The translations under genes were made by a program, and so were the position numbers. From Candidatus Latescibacterota bacterium (GTDB lineage: Bacteria; Latescibacterota; UBA2968), in the NCBI GenBank assembly GCA_965204745.1, contig OZ242010.1:512001-576000 (forward strand): 64,000 nt of DNA, given 5' to 3'. Below are positions 49,746 to 59,637 of the stretch, piece by piece. The notes below the pieces were generated by a model that saw only the letters and a list, made by a program, of their open reading frames with translations, had not been told where the DNA came from and searched no databases. The number at the start of each line of letters is the position of its first letter. Within the stretch, counting starts at the first letter, position 1.

Positions 49746-50729
49746 TTAGGCCTCCGCATCCAACACGCGCTGAAAGGCCTCCAGATCATCCACTTGCACC
49801 GCTGCACGATGCAACCGCTTGAGCCGTTGCAAATCGTTGATAACCGCAATGCGACCGGCGAACTGACCGGCCACACCTGCATCAAAGCGAATCTCCAACG
49901 TTTCTCGGATGCTCTCTTGGATGCCTCGCTCGATGCCCTGCTCGATGCCCTGCTCGATGCCCTGCTCGATGCCCTGCTCGATGCCCTGCTCAATGCCCTG
50001 CTCGATGAACTGTTCCTTGAACTGTTCCTGGACGTGTTCCTGGATCTGTTCCTTGAGGTATTGGGCAAACGATGACTCACGCATAATCGCGTCCATAAAA
50101 CCCTCCTGTAAAAGAATCCGCGTGATGGTGGGCAGATCATAAGCCAACCCACTCAAGACCGCCAAGCTATTCAAATAATTAGCCTTTTCTGCCGGATCCA
50201 ACGAAACCGAATCGCTCCTGCGAACACACTCGCGCAACCAGTCCTCGGAAGCCATCTCCACAGGGTGCTTCATCAACGGCGCGAAAGGAAGCAAGCCCGG
50301 ATGACCACCCTCGAGGATACCTTGCCCGTCTATCTCGGTCAATCGAAGCACCTTGTAGCGCACCAGCACGGGGAAGTCGGCATGATCTTGGCGGAAAAAT
50401 CCTTCATCGCGGCGCCCGGCATCGGGACGCAGGTAGATGACAAAGGCATAGACCGGCAGGCCATAGCGTTCGATGAGGCGGAGGATATAGATCGCCATGC
50501 GAATAGCCATATTCGCGCTGTCGGTGGTTTGAAATTCGATGTGGACCAATGCTTTCTTGCCATCGATCCGCACGCGAATCACGCTATCGACCATGCGCGT
50601 TTCAATCCTCGGGAGTTCGGTGTCGAGAACTTCTTCAATTTCGACATCCTCGCGTCCGAGTGCCAAGTGGACGAGGTCTTGCGGGTAGATGTGAATCAAC
50701 TGCTTGGGAATCGTGTCGTATTCTGCCAT
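49746..50729 (-). CDS. Rpn/YhgA-like PD-(D/E)XK nuclease (putative transposase family)
   Basis: YDT..KQL, LDTEL...R.VDSV, HIEFQT, M..RM..Y, LLPFAPL; C-terminal (IEQG)n. Confidence 0.85.
   Translation of the reverse strand: MAEYDTIPKQLIHIYPQDLVHLALGREDVEIEEVLDTELPRIETRMVDSVIRVRIDGKKALVHIEFQTTDSANMAIRMAIYILRLIERYGLPVYAFVIYLRPDAGRRDEGFFRQDHADFPVLVRYKVLRLTEIDGQGILEGGHPGLLPFAPLMKHPVEMASEDWLRECVRRSDSVSLDPAEKANYLNSLAVLSGLAYDLPTITRILLQEGFMDAIMRESSFAQYLKEQIQEHVQEQFKEQFIEQGIEQGIEQGIEQGIEQGIEQGIERGIQESIRETLEIRFDAGVAGQFAGRIAVINDLQRLKRLHRAAVQVDDLEAFQRVLDAEA
49920..50007 (-). repeat. 12-bp coding tandem repeat, (IEQG)6 plus IERG
   Basis: GATGCCCTGCTC x6 plus one variant unit. Confidence 0.95.
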
Positions 50730-50807
50730 GGGGATCCTCCTGAGATTGTTTGAACGACTTGCGGAACGAGATAAATAATCTCCAATTCCTCTCGCGATGT
50801 CAAGTGG

Positions 50808-52127
50808 TTAGGTCGCGTCGACATTTTGTTTTTTGTCGATGAGAGTGGCGATAAATTTGTCGCGTACTGTGAACAACTCCTTAAAATCACTTCCCGTCGG
50901 CACTTGAAATACGCCGAGATCGAACGCGGGCACCACCGCGAGAAGGTGGTCAAAAATATCCGCCTGAACAGCCTCGTAATCCGCCCACGCCGTGTCGTTG
51001 CAAAAAACGTAAATTTCAATCGGCAAGCCGTGTTCCCCAGGCGCCAGTTGCCGCACCATAAGCATTAGGTCCCGGTTGATTTTTGGGTGATTTTTCAAAT
51101 ACGCAACGACATAAGCCCGAAACGTGCCGATATTGGTCAGGTGCCGACCGTTCACCAGACTCGATTCATCCACCGCTCGTTCATCGTTGAATCGCGCCAG
51201 TTCTTGCTTTTTTTGCTCGAGATACGCCGCGATGTATTTAATTTTTGAAAACCGTGCGAGCATCTCCGCGTCGCAAAACGCAATCGTCTGAACATCGATC
51301 AAAATTGACCGCTTAATCTGCCGCCCGCCCGCCTCCTGCATGCCCCGCCAGTTCTTGAACGAATCGCCGATTAGGGAATACGCTGGAATCGTCGTAATCG
51401 TCTTGTTCCAATTTTGCACCTTCACCGTGGTCAATGCGATATCGATCACCTCGCCATCTGCGCCGTACTTGGGCATCTCGATCCAATCGCCCACCGCCAC
51501 CATTTTATTTGCACTCAGTTGTATGCCCGCTGCGAATCCCAAGAGCATATCCTTAAACACCAACAAAAGCACGGCTGTCAACGCGCCCAACGCGCTGAAG
51601 AAATACATGGGATTGCGATCTAACAAAATCGAGAGGATCAAAACGCCGCCGACAAAATACGTCAGCATGGTCAAGACCTGTACAAAACCCTTGCCGGGGA
51701 TTTCGCGCGAGACATCAAAGGTCTGATAAACGGACAGCGCGCCATTGAGTAATGCCCCTACGACCCGAATGCCGGTGATCGCGACAAAAATCAGCAGAAT
51801 ATCGAGCGCGAGCGCCGCGCAATAATCTCGATCTGCCGCTGTCATTTCCGCGAGTGGCAAATCGATCAAACCGTAAATGACGAATGCGGGCACGAGGGGC
51901 ATCAACCGATTGAGCACCCGAATCGCGCCAACCGCGATTTCCAAGGACGCCTGCGTTTTTGCTATCGCGTATTTCAGTGCCCGAAAGGCAACGCGCTTCA
52001 CCGCAAGATGGACGATTGCACTGAGCACCAAAATACACAGCCCAACCAACGCAGGAGCGACCCAATATTGAGCCACCCCTGGTTCCAGGCCCAAACCGAT
52101 GAGGTAGGTGTAGATGCGTTCCAGCAT
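50808..52127 (-). CDS. MscS-family mechanosensitive channel (YbdG-like)
   Basis: FKDMLLGF.AGIQL, GDWIEMPKYGADG, FKNWRGM..AGGR. Confidence 0.92.
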   Translation of the reverse strand: MLERIYTYLIGLGLEPGVAQYWVAPALVGLCILVLSAIVHLAVKRVAFRALKYAIAKTQASLEIAVGAIRVLNRLMPLVPAFVIYGLIDLPLAEMTAADRDYCAALALDILLIFVAITGIRVVGALLNGALSVYQTFDVSREIPGKGFVQVLTMLTYFVGGVLILSILLDRNPMYFFSALGALTAVLLLVFKDMLLGFAAGIQLSANKMVAVGDWIEMPKYGADGEVIDIALTTVKVQNWNKTITTIPAYSLIGDSFKNWRGMQEAGGRQIKRSILIDVQTIAFCDAEMLARFSKIKYIAAYLEQKKQELARFNDERAVDESSLVNGRHLTNIGTFRAYVVAYLKNHPKINRDLMLMVRQLAPGEHGLPIEIYVFCNDTAWADYEAVQADIFDHLLAVVPAFDLGVFQVPTGSDFKELFTVRDKFIATLIDKKQNVDAT

Positions 52128-52144
52128 CGCGTGTGTCTCGTTGA

Positions 52145-54217
52145 TTACAAAAGTCCATTGTGGCGCAACAACGCTTCGGTGCTCGGTTCGCGCCCGCGAA
52201 ATGCGCGGTACACATCCATCGGGTGTTTGCCGCCGCCCAATGCGAGAATCGTATCTCGAAACCTGCGCCCGGTCGCTTTTACCGCGGCTTCGTCGTCCAG
52301 CCCGGCCTCTTCAAACGCGCCAAACGCATCCGCGCTCAACACCTCGGACCACTTGTAGCTGTAATACCCAGCCGCATATCCGCCGGCAAAAATATGGGAA
52401 AACGAGCACAGGAAGCGACTCTCGGGCAGCGGGGGCAACACGGCCATTTCTTCGATGACGCGGCGTTCCACCTCAAACGCGGTTTCTGTGCCTTCGGGAT
52501 CGTAAGTCGAATGTAGCAACATGTCGATCTTGCCAAAGGACAACTGTCGCATCATCAAAGACCCGGCTTGAAACGTGCGCGCGGCCGCGATTTTTTTAAA
52601 CAAATCATCCGGCAAGGGATCCCCGGTTTCCACATGCGCGGTCATCCCGATCAGCGTGGGTTTGTGATAACACCAGTTTTCCATAAACTGGCTGGCGATC
52701 TCCACGGCATCCCATTCCACGCCGCTCAACCCGGCCACGTCTGCGTAATCGACCGTGGTCAACATGCCCTGCAACCCGTGGCCAAACTCGTGGAACAGGG
52801 TCTCCACCTCTGAAAAACTCATCAGCGATGGCGTATCGCCCACAGGCGGCGTCCCATTGCACACGAGATGCACCACCGGCAAGCGCAACGCGCCATCGAG
52901 CCATTGCCGCCCCAAACAATCGTCCATCCACGCGCCCCCGCGCTTTTCCGCCGGGCGCGAATAGGGATCCAAATAAAACGACGCAACGCGCTCGCCATCG
53001 CGCAACACATTGAAAAACTGCACATCTTTGTGCCACTTGTGCGCGGCTTCGCCCTCTGCGCGCACGATCTCGATATCGAACAACCGCTCGGAGAGGGCGA
53101 ACATGCCGTCGAGCACTTTGGGCAGGGGAAAATAGGGGCGCAACTGATCGTCTGTATAGTCGAATTTTTGCTCGCGCAACCGCTCTGACCAGAACGACAC
53201 ATCCCAGTGCAGCACCGGCTCTTTTTGCCCATTCGCCTTTGCCAATGCCTGCAACGCCTCAAAATCCCGCTCGCTATGCGCCTGCGCCGCGGCTTGCAAC
53301 TCGTCGATCACGCGCTCGACAGCGGTCACGTCCGGCGCCATCTTGGCGTCTAAGCTCCAGTCCGCATACGTTTCAAATCCCAAGAGCGCGGCTTGTTCGA
53401 GTCGCAATTTTAAGGTGCGGGCGATCAGGTCGCTGTTGTCCAACTCGCCCGAAGACGCGCGTTGGACATACGCTTTGTACACCTGTTCGCGGTGGTCTCG
53501 CCCCCGATGGTGCTGCATAAAGGGGAAAAAACTCGGAAAATCCAGCGTGATGCGCCACGGGCCGTCTTCCGCTGTTGCATCGCTGCCCGCATTGGCTTGG
53601 CGATAGGACTGCGCGGTCACTTGTCGCAAACTGTTCGGCCAGCCCTCTGCGTCTTTTTTGTCGTGGATGATCAACTCGTAAGCCTTGGTCGCATCCAGTA
53701 CATGGTTGGAAAAATCCGTGCTGATCTGCGACAGGGTTTTGGCGATCTCGTTGAAGCGTTCTTTTGCCTGCCCGGTCAAGCCCACGCCCGCGTGTTCAGC
53801 CGCGCGAATTTTCAGTTCCACGCACCGCTGTTGCGCCTCGTCGAGTTTTGCCCATCCCTCGCCCTCTCGAATCGCCATCAGGCCTTCGTAAATGGGACGG
53901 CTTTGTTGCACGCGCAAGCCATAAGCCACCACGTCTTGCAACACGGCCTCGTGCGCGCGGCGCAATTCATCCGAATTTTTCACCCCCATCAAATGCCCGA
54001 CCGGCCCCCACGCATAAAAAAAGGGCAGGCTGTTCTCTTCGAGCGGCACGAGCAAGCCCTCCCACGTCGGGATCAAATTTTGCTCCAACGCCGCGACGCG
54101 CTTTTCCGCATCTGCCAACACCTGCTTCACCCCCGGCACGACGTGCTCGGGCAGAATTTCATCGTACCGCGGCAAGCCCTCTGTCACGAGCAGGGGATTG
54201 TTTGTTGCGTTACTCAT
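52145..54217 (-). CDS. prlC: Oligopeptidase A (M3 family)
   Basis: NPLL, KRGGAWM, HEFGH, WDAVE..SQFMENW, YAAGYYSYKW. Confidence 0.95.
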   Translation of the reverse strand: MSNATNNPLLVTEGLPRYDEILPEHVVPGVKQVLADAEKRVAALEQNLIPTWEGLLVPLEENSLPFFYAWGPVGHLMGVKNSDELRRAHEAVLQDVVAYGLRVQQSRPIYEGLMAIREGEGWAKLDEAQQRCVELKIRAAEHAGVGLTGQAKERFNEIAKTLSQISTDFSNHVLDATKAYELIIHDKKDAEGWPNSLRQVTAQSYRQANAGSDATAEDGPWRITLDFPSFFPFMQHHRGRDHREQVYKAYVQRASSGELDNSDLIARTLKLRLEQAALLGFETYADWSLDAKMAPDVTAVERVIDELQAAAQAHSERDFEALQALAKANGQKEPVLHWDVSFWSERLREQKFDYTDDQLRPYFPLPKVLDGMFALSERLFDIEIVRAEGEAAHKWHKDVQFFNVLRDGERVASFYLDPYSRPAEKRGGAWMDDCLGRQWLDGALRLPVVHLVCNGTPPVGDTPSLMSFSEVETLFHEFGHGLQGMLTTVDYADVAGLSGVEWDAVEIASQFMENWCYHKPTLIGMTAHVETGDPLPDDLFKKIAAARTFQAGSLMMRQLSFGKIDMLLHSTYDPEGTETAFEVERRVIEEMAVLPPLPESRFLCSFSHIFAGGYAAGYYSYKWSEVLSADAFGAFEEAGLDDEAAVKATGRRFRDTILALGGGKHPMDVYRAFRGREPSTEALLRHNGLL

Positions 54218-54231
54218 GAGACACCTCCGTT

Positions 54232-54879
54232 TCATAAGTCCTCAAAAGAAAAGACCAACTGCACCTGCAAGTCGCCGTGGGAAGTGGTGGAGACCGTCGC
54301 TACGGGGCGGGTTTTGGTGGCGATGTTGGCGGCATTGAGCGCGCTGGCAAAGCGGTTGAAGAGCAACGCGCCCGCAAAGAGAAAACCGCGCGTGCGCGCC
54401 CAAGTGGCTTTGCTCCGCAAGGTGCGAAAGTGTTCGCGGGATGCCTGCGAATCCCATTCCCAAAAATTGTCGGGCGTTTCCGGCAAGGGCATAGATGACG
54501 CGCCCTCGACGTATTGCAACCGGGCATTGTAGTCGTAAATGCTGTTGTACGCAGCCAGGCGGTCGTAATGGGAGTTGGGCCGTTTGGACGCGGTGGCACC
54601 TGCGCGGGCGGTCGCGTAGGCGCGAAACGTGTTTTCCCGCGTGGCGTTGAGTTTTTGAAACGCGAACAGGCCCGTCCAGAACGCGCCTTCGGTGAACAGG
54701 AAAAACTTGGCGGATTTGCGCCCGCCCGCGTACCGCTCGCCCAAGCCGGGCAAGAGAATGGACAACAGGGCGGCTTTTTTGGGCGATTTCGCTTCGCGCG
54801 GCCACGCGGCAGAGGGCGCGAGCAAACAGGCCATCGCACATGCGATCAAGAGGCGCGATTTGGGGATGGATAGGGTCAT
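54232..54879 (-). CDS. Exported/membrane hypothetical protein (DUF5683-like)
   Basis: Signal peptide; KSPKKAALLSILLPGLGE.Y, WEWDS. Confidence 0.65.
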   Translation of the reverse strand: MTLSIPKSRLLIACAMACLLAPSAAWPREAKSPKKAALLSILLPGLGERYAGGRKSAKFFLFTEGAFWTGLFAFQKLNATRENTFRAYATARAGATASKRPNSHYDRLAAYNSIYDYNARLQYVEGASSMPLPETPDNFWEWDSQASREHFRTLRSKATWARTRGFLFAGALLFNRFASALNAANIATKTRPVATVSTTSHGDLQVQLVFSFEDL

Positions 54880-54884
54880 GTTTT

Positions 54885-54911
54885 TAGGTCGTGTTGACAT
54901 TTTATTTTTTT
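54885..54911. repeat. Solo MITE end
   Basis: TAGGTCGTGTTGACATTTTATTTTTTT identical to the reverse complement of the 30343 end; a variant lies at 50809-50834. Confidence 0.75.
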
Positions 54912-55063
54912 CGAAGCGGAGCGAGTAACGGGGGTTAGGGGGTAGGTCCCAATAACAAGGACAAGCACGCGATAGATTCAACGTTTAATTCGCATTGTCA
55001 GTCCACCCCATCCCACGGTTTCGGGCGCGAGTTGAGTGGTACTCGCCATGTCGTCGCCTTTCA

Positions 55064-56044
55064 TCACTTTAATGTCAACGGCTTGCCTTCTCGCGCGGAT
55101 TGATAGACCGCTTCGAGCAGGGCGACGGTGCGGCGGCCTTCGCGGCCATCGACGGCGAGGGGCGTGCCTTTTGTGACGGCATTGACCACATCTTCCACAA
55201 TGTTGTGGACGTGATTTTCCACGCTGTCGAGCTTCTCCTGAAGCCCGTCTCCGTACGCGGTCATCTCGCCATTTAGAACATCGTGCAGCAAAACGCCACC
55301 TGTTGACCCGTGGACCTCTGCGCTGAAATACGCGCTTTGGGGAAAGGTCGTCGTGCCCAAAATCGCGCCCTTTGCCCCGCTCTCAAAATTCAGGATCGCC
55401 AGCCCGATATCCTCGGTCTCGATCTCGTGATTCACAATGTCGATCTCGCCGTACACGGACACCGGATCGCCCATGAACCAACTCAACACATCGAGCAGAT
55501 GCGCGCCCTGATTCGCGAGCGAACCGCCGCCATCCATCGCCCATGTGCCGCGCCAACCGACATCGTGCGAAAAATAATCGTCCGACCGAAACCACTTAAA
55601 ACGCACCTCGCCCAAAATCATCTTCCCCAACCAACCCGCTTGAATCGCGGTCGCCACCTTCACATTGCCATCCACGTATCGGCTTTGATAATCCACGCCG
55701 CACAACACGCCGGCATCATCACACGCCGCAATCAGCCGATCACACGCTTCAGTGCTCACGTCCATCGGCTTGGTCGTAATCACATGCTTGCCCGCCTTTG
55801 CCGCTTCAACGCCCACGGCCGCGTGCTTGCCACTCGGGGTCATCACCATCACCACATCCACATCGTCTCGCGCAAACACCTGCGCCATATCCACCGCGCA
55901 ATCCGTCTCCAACTCCCGCGCGACTTCCTCGGCCAAATCCGCGTGCAAATCGCACACCACCTTCAACTCTGCCCCCTCGGTCTCTTTGATCAACCGCGCC
56001 CTGTTGCGCCCCATGCCCAGCCCAATAACGCCAAAACCGACCAT
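55064..56044 (-). CDS. Gfo/Idh/MocA-family oxidoreductase
   Basis: GVIGLG, TPSGKH, GKHVITTKPM, WRGTWAMDGGGSLANQG.H. Confidence 0.92.
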   Translation of the reverse strand: MVGFGVIGLGMGRNRARLIKETEGAELKVVCDLHADLAEEVARELETDCAVDMAQVFARDDVDVVMVMTPSGKHAAVGVEAAKAGKHVITTKPMDVSTEACDRLIAACDDAGVLCGVDYQSRYVDGNVKVATAIQAGWLGKMILGEVRFKWFRSDDYFSHDVGWRGTWAMDGGGSLANQGAHLLDVLSWFMGDPVSVYGEIDIVNHEIETEDIGLAILNFESGAKGAILGTTTFPQSAYFSAEVHGSTGGVLLHDVLNGEMTAYGDGLQEKLDSVENHVHNIVEDVVNAVTKGTPLAVDGREGRRTVALLEAVYQSAREGKPLTLK

Positions 56045-56203
56045 CTTATCCTCCTTTTGGGACTACCCCTAACCCCCTATATCTTAGCAACCAGCAAAAC
56101 GAGCGGTCAGCACATACATTGCTTTTTCCCCACGAGAAATGGTGGGAAAACATCTCCCCTCTCCGTCTCGGGGAGGGGTCCGATTTCGTTTTAAGACAAC
56201 TCC

Positions 56204-57211
56204 TCACGCGCAATCCGGGTGGCCTTCTCGCCAGCGTCCAAACGGAACATCGGTCTGTCCGCCCTGATTGATCTTCGACATCGCCTCGCGGGTGTCCAAC
56301 CACATGCGCGTCCACACCTTTGCATCTCGCAACTCGCGCTCGGGATGTTTCCGACTGCGCGCCACAAACCCCGGAAAAGCCTCGCGTCCGGTCGGCTGAC
56401 CAATGGGATTGTAGCGCAGATCAAAACTCCAGCGAATTTTATCGCTCACATTGGGCAATGACCCGTGAACCGTGCGCTTGGGCAAAAAAATGACATCCCC
56501 CCGATTGACCGGCAACGGTATCATGCGGTCTGCTTCAAACAGGGACTCGGGGATTTGTCGCCCGCCCGCTGTTCGGGGGCCGTTGCCAAAATACGACGAG
56601 CAGTGCGTCAAAAGCCCGTGGTTGTGGCTGCCGGGCACGACCTTGAGCGGGCCTTGTTCGAGGGCGACATCTTCGAGCGCGAACCACACCGTCAGCATTT
56701 CGGTCTCGTCTGCTTCTGGCACGACCACGCCTTGATCCTGATGCCAGATCGTCTCGCCCAAAATCGGATTGCCAAACTGATTTTTGGGCAAGATATGCTC
56801 GGGCGGTTTGATCCGCACATGTTGCACCGGATTCGAGTAAATCTCCTCGCCGATGAGCGATGCCACGCAATCGAGCAACGGCTCGGCTGTGAACGCATTC
56901 AGAACCGCCTGACCCGTCCAAAACGGCGTATCGGGCTTCACATTTTGGAACGGCAGGGAAAAGTCGAAATACTGCTTGTGGACATCCCCCGTCTCGATGC
57001 AAACCGCGGTGAATCGCTCGGCAAAATCCAAGTCCTCAAACAAAGACGAAATTTCCTCGCGCGCGTACAAATCGCGCACGAGCGTGTCGAGCACCTCCGT
57101 GTACTCGTCGATCACCGGATCCAACACGGTCTCGGGATCCAACACCCCTTCCACCACCAGATAGCCTTCGTCTTCAAACTGTGCAATCTGATCGGCAGTC
57201 AGGTAACTCAT
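56204..57211 (-). CDS. Phytanoyl-CoA dioxygenase (PhyH) family protein
   Basis: QF...GYL, WHQD, GPLKVVPGSH, HGS.PN, RWSFDLRY. Confidence 0.92.
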   Translation of the reverse strand: MSYLTADQIAQFEDEGYLVVEGVLDPETVLDPVIDEYTEVLDTLVRDLYAREEISSLFEDLDFAERFTAVCIETGDVHKQYFDFSLPFQNVKPDTPFWTGQAVLNAFTAEPLLDCVASLIGEEIYSNPVQHVRIKPPEHILPKNQFGNPILGETIWHQDQGVVVPEADETEMLTVWFALEDVALEQGPLKVVPGSHNHGLLTHCSSYFGNGPRTAGGRQIPESLFEADRMIPLPVNRGDVIFLPKRTVHGSLPNVSDKIRWSFDLRYNPIGQPTGREAFPGFVARSRKHPERELRDAKVWTRMWLDTREAMSKINQGGQTDVPFGRWREGHPDCA

Positions 57212-57287
57212 GGTGTTCCTCCTTGTGAGATGTGGCAATCAGCGTTGCGCCTATACAGCGTTTTGGGCGGCTAATTGCTTTTCAGAC

Positions 57288-57400
57288 AGGCACGGGAGCC
57301 TGTCCCTACACACAGATCGTCTTTGAACTGGCTATCGCCACTTGTACCCCGCTCGTGCCTAACCCCCTCTTGCTTCTCCCCTCTTACTTCTCCCCTCTCA
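57288..57400. repeat. Degenerate REP, 38-bp module and heptamer run
   Basis: GGCACGGGAGCCTGTCCCTAC...TTTGAACTGGCTATCGCCACTTGTACCCCGCTCGTGCC. Confidence 0.75.
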
Positions 57401-58288
57401 CGCCGTCCCCGGCACAACCACTTTCAGGGCCTTGGGCAGAATTTCAAATGCGAGTTCTTTCGGGCCTTTTGCCACTTCGCCATCGAATTGAAACCAATCG
57501 CATCGTTCGCGCACAATGCAAATTTTCTTCGCCCGAAACATCTCCACGCCGGGCATGCGGTCAAACGTGTTATTGAAAAGCCGGTAGGTATTCAACGCCA
57601 TGCGAATCCAGCCCGGATGGGTGAACACGCACACGTCGAGTTCCCCATCATCTATCGCGGCTTGGGGAGCAATTGCCGCGCCGCCGCCGTATTGCGACAT
57701 ATTGGCGATGGCGACGAACAAGGGACGGCGTTCAATCTCCGGATCGGCATTCAAGTTCAACCGCAACCTCTCAGGCCGAAACATGGGCAAGACCTGCGCG
57801 GTGAGCAGGACGTAAGGCAAAAAGCCCCGGCGTCCCGTGCGACTGGCATACCGACGGGCCACCTCTGCATCCAAGCCAATGCCGGCCGTGGCGAAAAACA
57901 GGGCATCGCCCACGCGCCCCACGTCGATCGTGCGAATCCGTGGGCGGACAAACGCCTCGCACGCCTCGCCCGGATTTAGAGACAATTTCAACTCACGCGC
58001 AAACGCATTGCCCGACCCGGCAGGCACCACGCCCAAGGGCATCTCCGTGTGGACCAACGCGCGGCCCACCTCGTTGATCGTGCCATCGCCGCCAATGGCG
58101 ACCACCAAATCATAGCCATTTTCAGACGCCTGTGCGGCCAACTGCGTGGCGTGCCCCGGATACTGCGTGTCTGCAATGACAAAATCCAGCCCGGCTTTTT
58201 CGCACGCGGCAATCGCGCACGAGCGCACGCGACGCACGCCAGCCTGCGGATTCGCAATGCCGAGCACGCGGGAAAATCGCACGTTCAT
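57398..58288 (-). CDS. Diacylglycerol kinase family (YegS-like) lipid kinase
   Basis: NPQAG, GGDGTINE, PAGSGNAFAR, YGGG, DGE. Confidence 0.93.
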   Translation of the reverse strand: MNVRFSRVLGIANPQAGVRRVRSCAIAACEKAGLDFVIADTQYPGHATQLAAQASENGYDLVVAIGGDGTINEVGRALVHTEMPLGVVPAGSGNAFARELKLSLNPGEACEAFVRPRIRTIDVGRVGDALFFATAGIGLDAEVARRYASRTGRRGFLPYVLLTAQVLPMFRPERLRLNLNADPEIERRPLFVAIANMSQYGGGAAIAPQAAIDDGELDVCVFTHPGWIRMALNTYRLFNNTFDRMPGVEMFRAKKICIVRERCDWFQFDGEVAKGPKELAFEILPKALKVVVPGTA

Positions 58289-58878
58289 GAATGCAAAAAA
58301 TCGACCAGCACCTGGCCGATGTCCCTCAAAATTTTGGACGGGGGTTGCGACACATCGATCTGTTGCACAATCGAATTGGGATAGTGCCTCAAAACCTCAA
58401 CCGTCTGTCGGTCATAGACCTCAAACCGCTTGCGGATGATCTCTTCGCTCGCATCATCCACCCGATACGCCACGAGCGCGCGCCCGAAAAGCCGCTTGAT
58501 CAGCACCTCTCGATCCGGGCAGTCCAACAAGATGATCAATTTGACATTCAAACTCTCATCGGCCATTTGCGCTTGGGTAAGGGTGCGCGGAAGGCCATCC
58601 AAAACCAAGGTGTGTTGCTGTGGCTTAAACGTGCCAAACTCGACCAGACGCTGCATGTGATCGCGCCACAGGGACACGACAAACTCATCGGGCACCAACT
58701 CGCCCCTGCGGATGCTCGCCAACGCCATTTCCCCCGGTTGGCTGTTGAGGTCCAGTGCCCTGAGCATATCGCCACTGGAAAAGTGAAACAAGTCCGGAAT
58801 TTGTTTCAATACGCTTCCCCAGGTGCCTTTTCCCGCGCCAGGGGGGCCGAACAACAAGACGGTTTCATACATCGACAT
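58285..58878 (-). CDS. Adenylate kinase family nucleoside monophosphate kinase (short LID)
   Basis: GPPGAGKGT, SSGDMLR, GELVPD, LDGLPRT, R.DD. Confidence 0.88.
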   Translation of the reverse strand: MSMYETVLLFGPPGAGKGTWGSVLKQIPDLFHFSSGDMLRALDLNSQPGEMALASIRRGELVPDEFVVSLWRDHMQRLVEFGTFKPQQHTLVLDGLPRTLTQAQMADESLNVKLIILLDCPDREVLIKRLFGRALVAYRVDDASEEIIRKRFEVYDRQTVEVLRHYPNSIVQQIDVSQPPSKILRDIGQVLVDFLHS

Positions 58879-59039
58879 AACTCCCGCGTTTGTATTTTGA
58901 CAGAATGGAACTGCGATGGTATTTTAGCGATCAGATCGCCGCTAGAGGCGGGGGCCTTCTCCCCTCTTGCCTCTTGCGTCTTACGCCTTACCTCTTACTT
59001 CTCACCTCTCACCGCTTCCCGCTTCCCAAGGAGAAAACC

Positions 59040-59633
59040 ATGAACCTCGATCCCACCGCTATTTCAATGAAAAAAAACGGCGACAAAATCGAAGCCATCA
59101 TCCGAGGCGAAACAGAGCGCGTTGATCGCGTCGCGCGTGCGTTTCCCAGAACCAACCCGGATCACTTCGTCAGTTTGCTCGATGACGTGGGGCACGAAAT
59201 CGGCATCATCGAAAATCCCAGCGAACTCGACCCGGGGTCGCGCGAGGTGCTCGAAGCCGAACTCAAAGCCATCTACTTTGTCCCGACCATCAGCGCGATT
59301 CGCTCGGTCGTTTCCAAAGGCACGGGCAGCGAGTGGACTGTCGATACCGACGATGGGGAATACACCTTCCGCATTATGGGACGGGACGCGCTCAAGGGCG
59401 ACGAACCGCCAACCCTGGAAATCACGGACGAACACGGCAAGCGATACAAAATCGACAATTACTGGGAACTCGACGCCCAAAGCCGGGACCTCACCTCTGA
59501 CCTGTTGCCAGACAAAATCCTCAAAGCGCGCTATTACATGCGGTCGATGAGCACGAGTGGCAGAAGTAGCAGTAGCCGCAGCAGTTCGCGGGGTTCGTCC
59601 GGCGGATCGAGCTCGATGATGGGCATCCGCTGA
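59040..59633 (+). CDS. DUF1854 domain protein with Ser/Gly-rich tail
   Basis: RAFP.T.P..FVSL....GHEIG.I, YFVP.I, W.V.TD.G, D..G.RY; AGGAG RBS. Confidence 0.8.
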   Translation: MNLDPTAISMKKNGDKIEAIIRGETERVDRVARAFPRTNPDHFVSLLDDVGHEIGIIENPSELDPGSREVLEAELKAIYFVPTISAIRSVVSKGTGSEWTVDTDDGEYTFRIMGRDALKGDEPPTLEITDEHGKRYKIDNYWELDAQSRDLTSDLLPDKILKARYYMRSMSTSGRSSSSRSSSRGSSGGSSSMMGIR

Positions 59634-59637
59634 CTCC

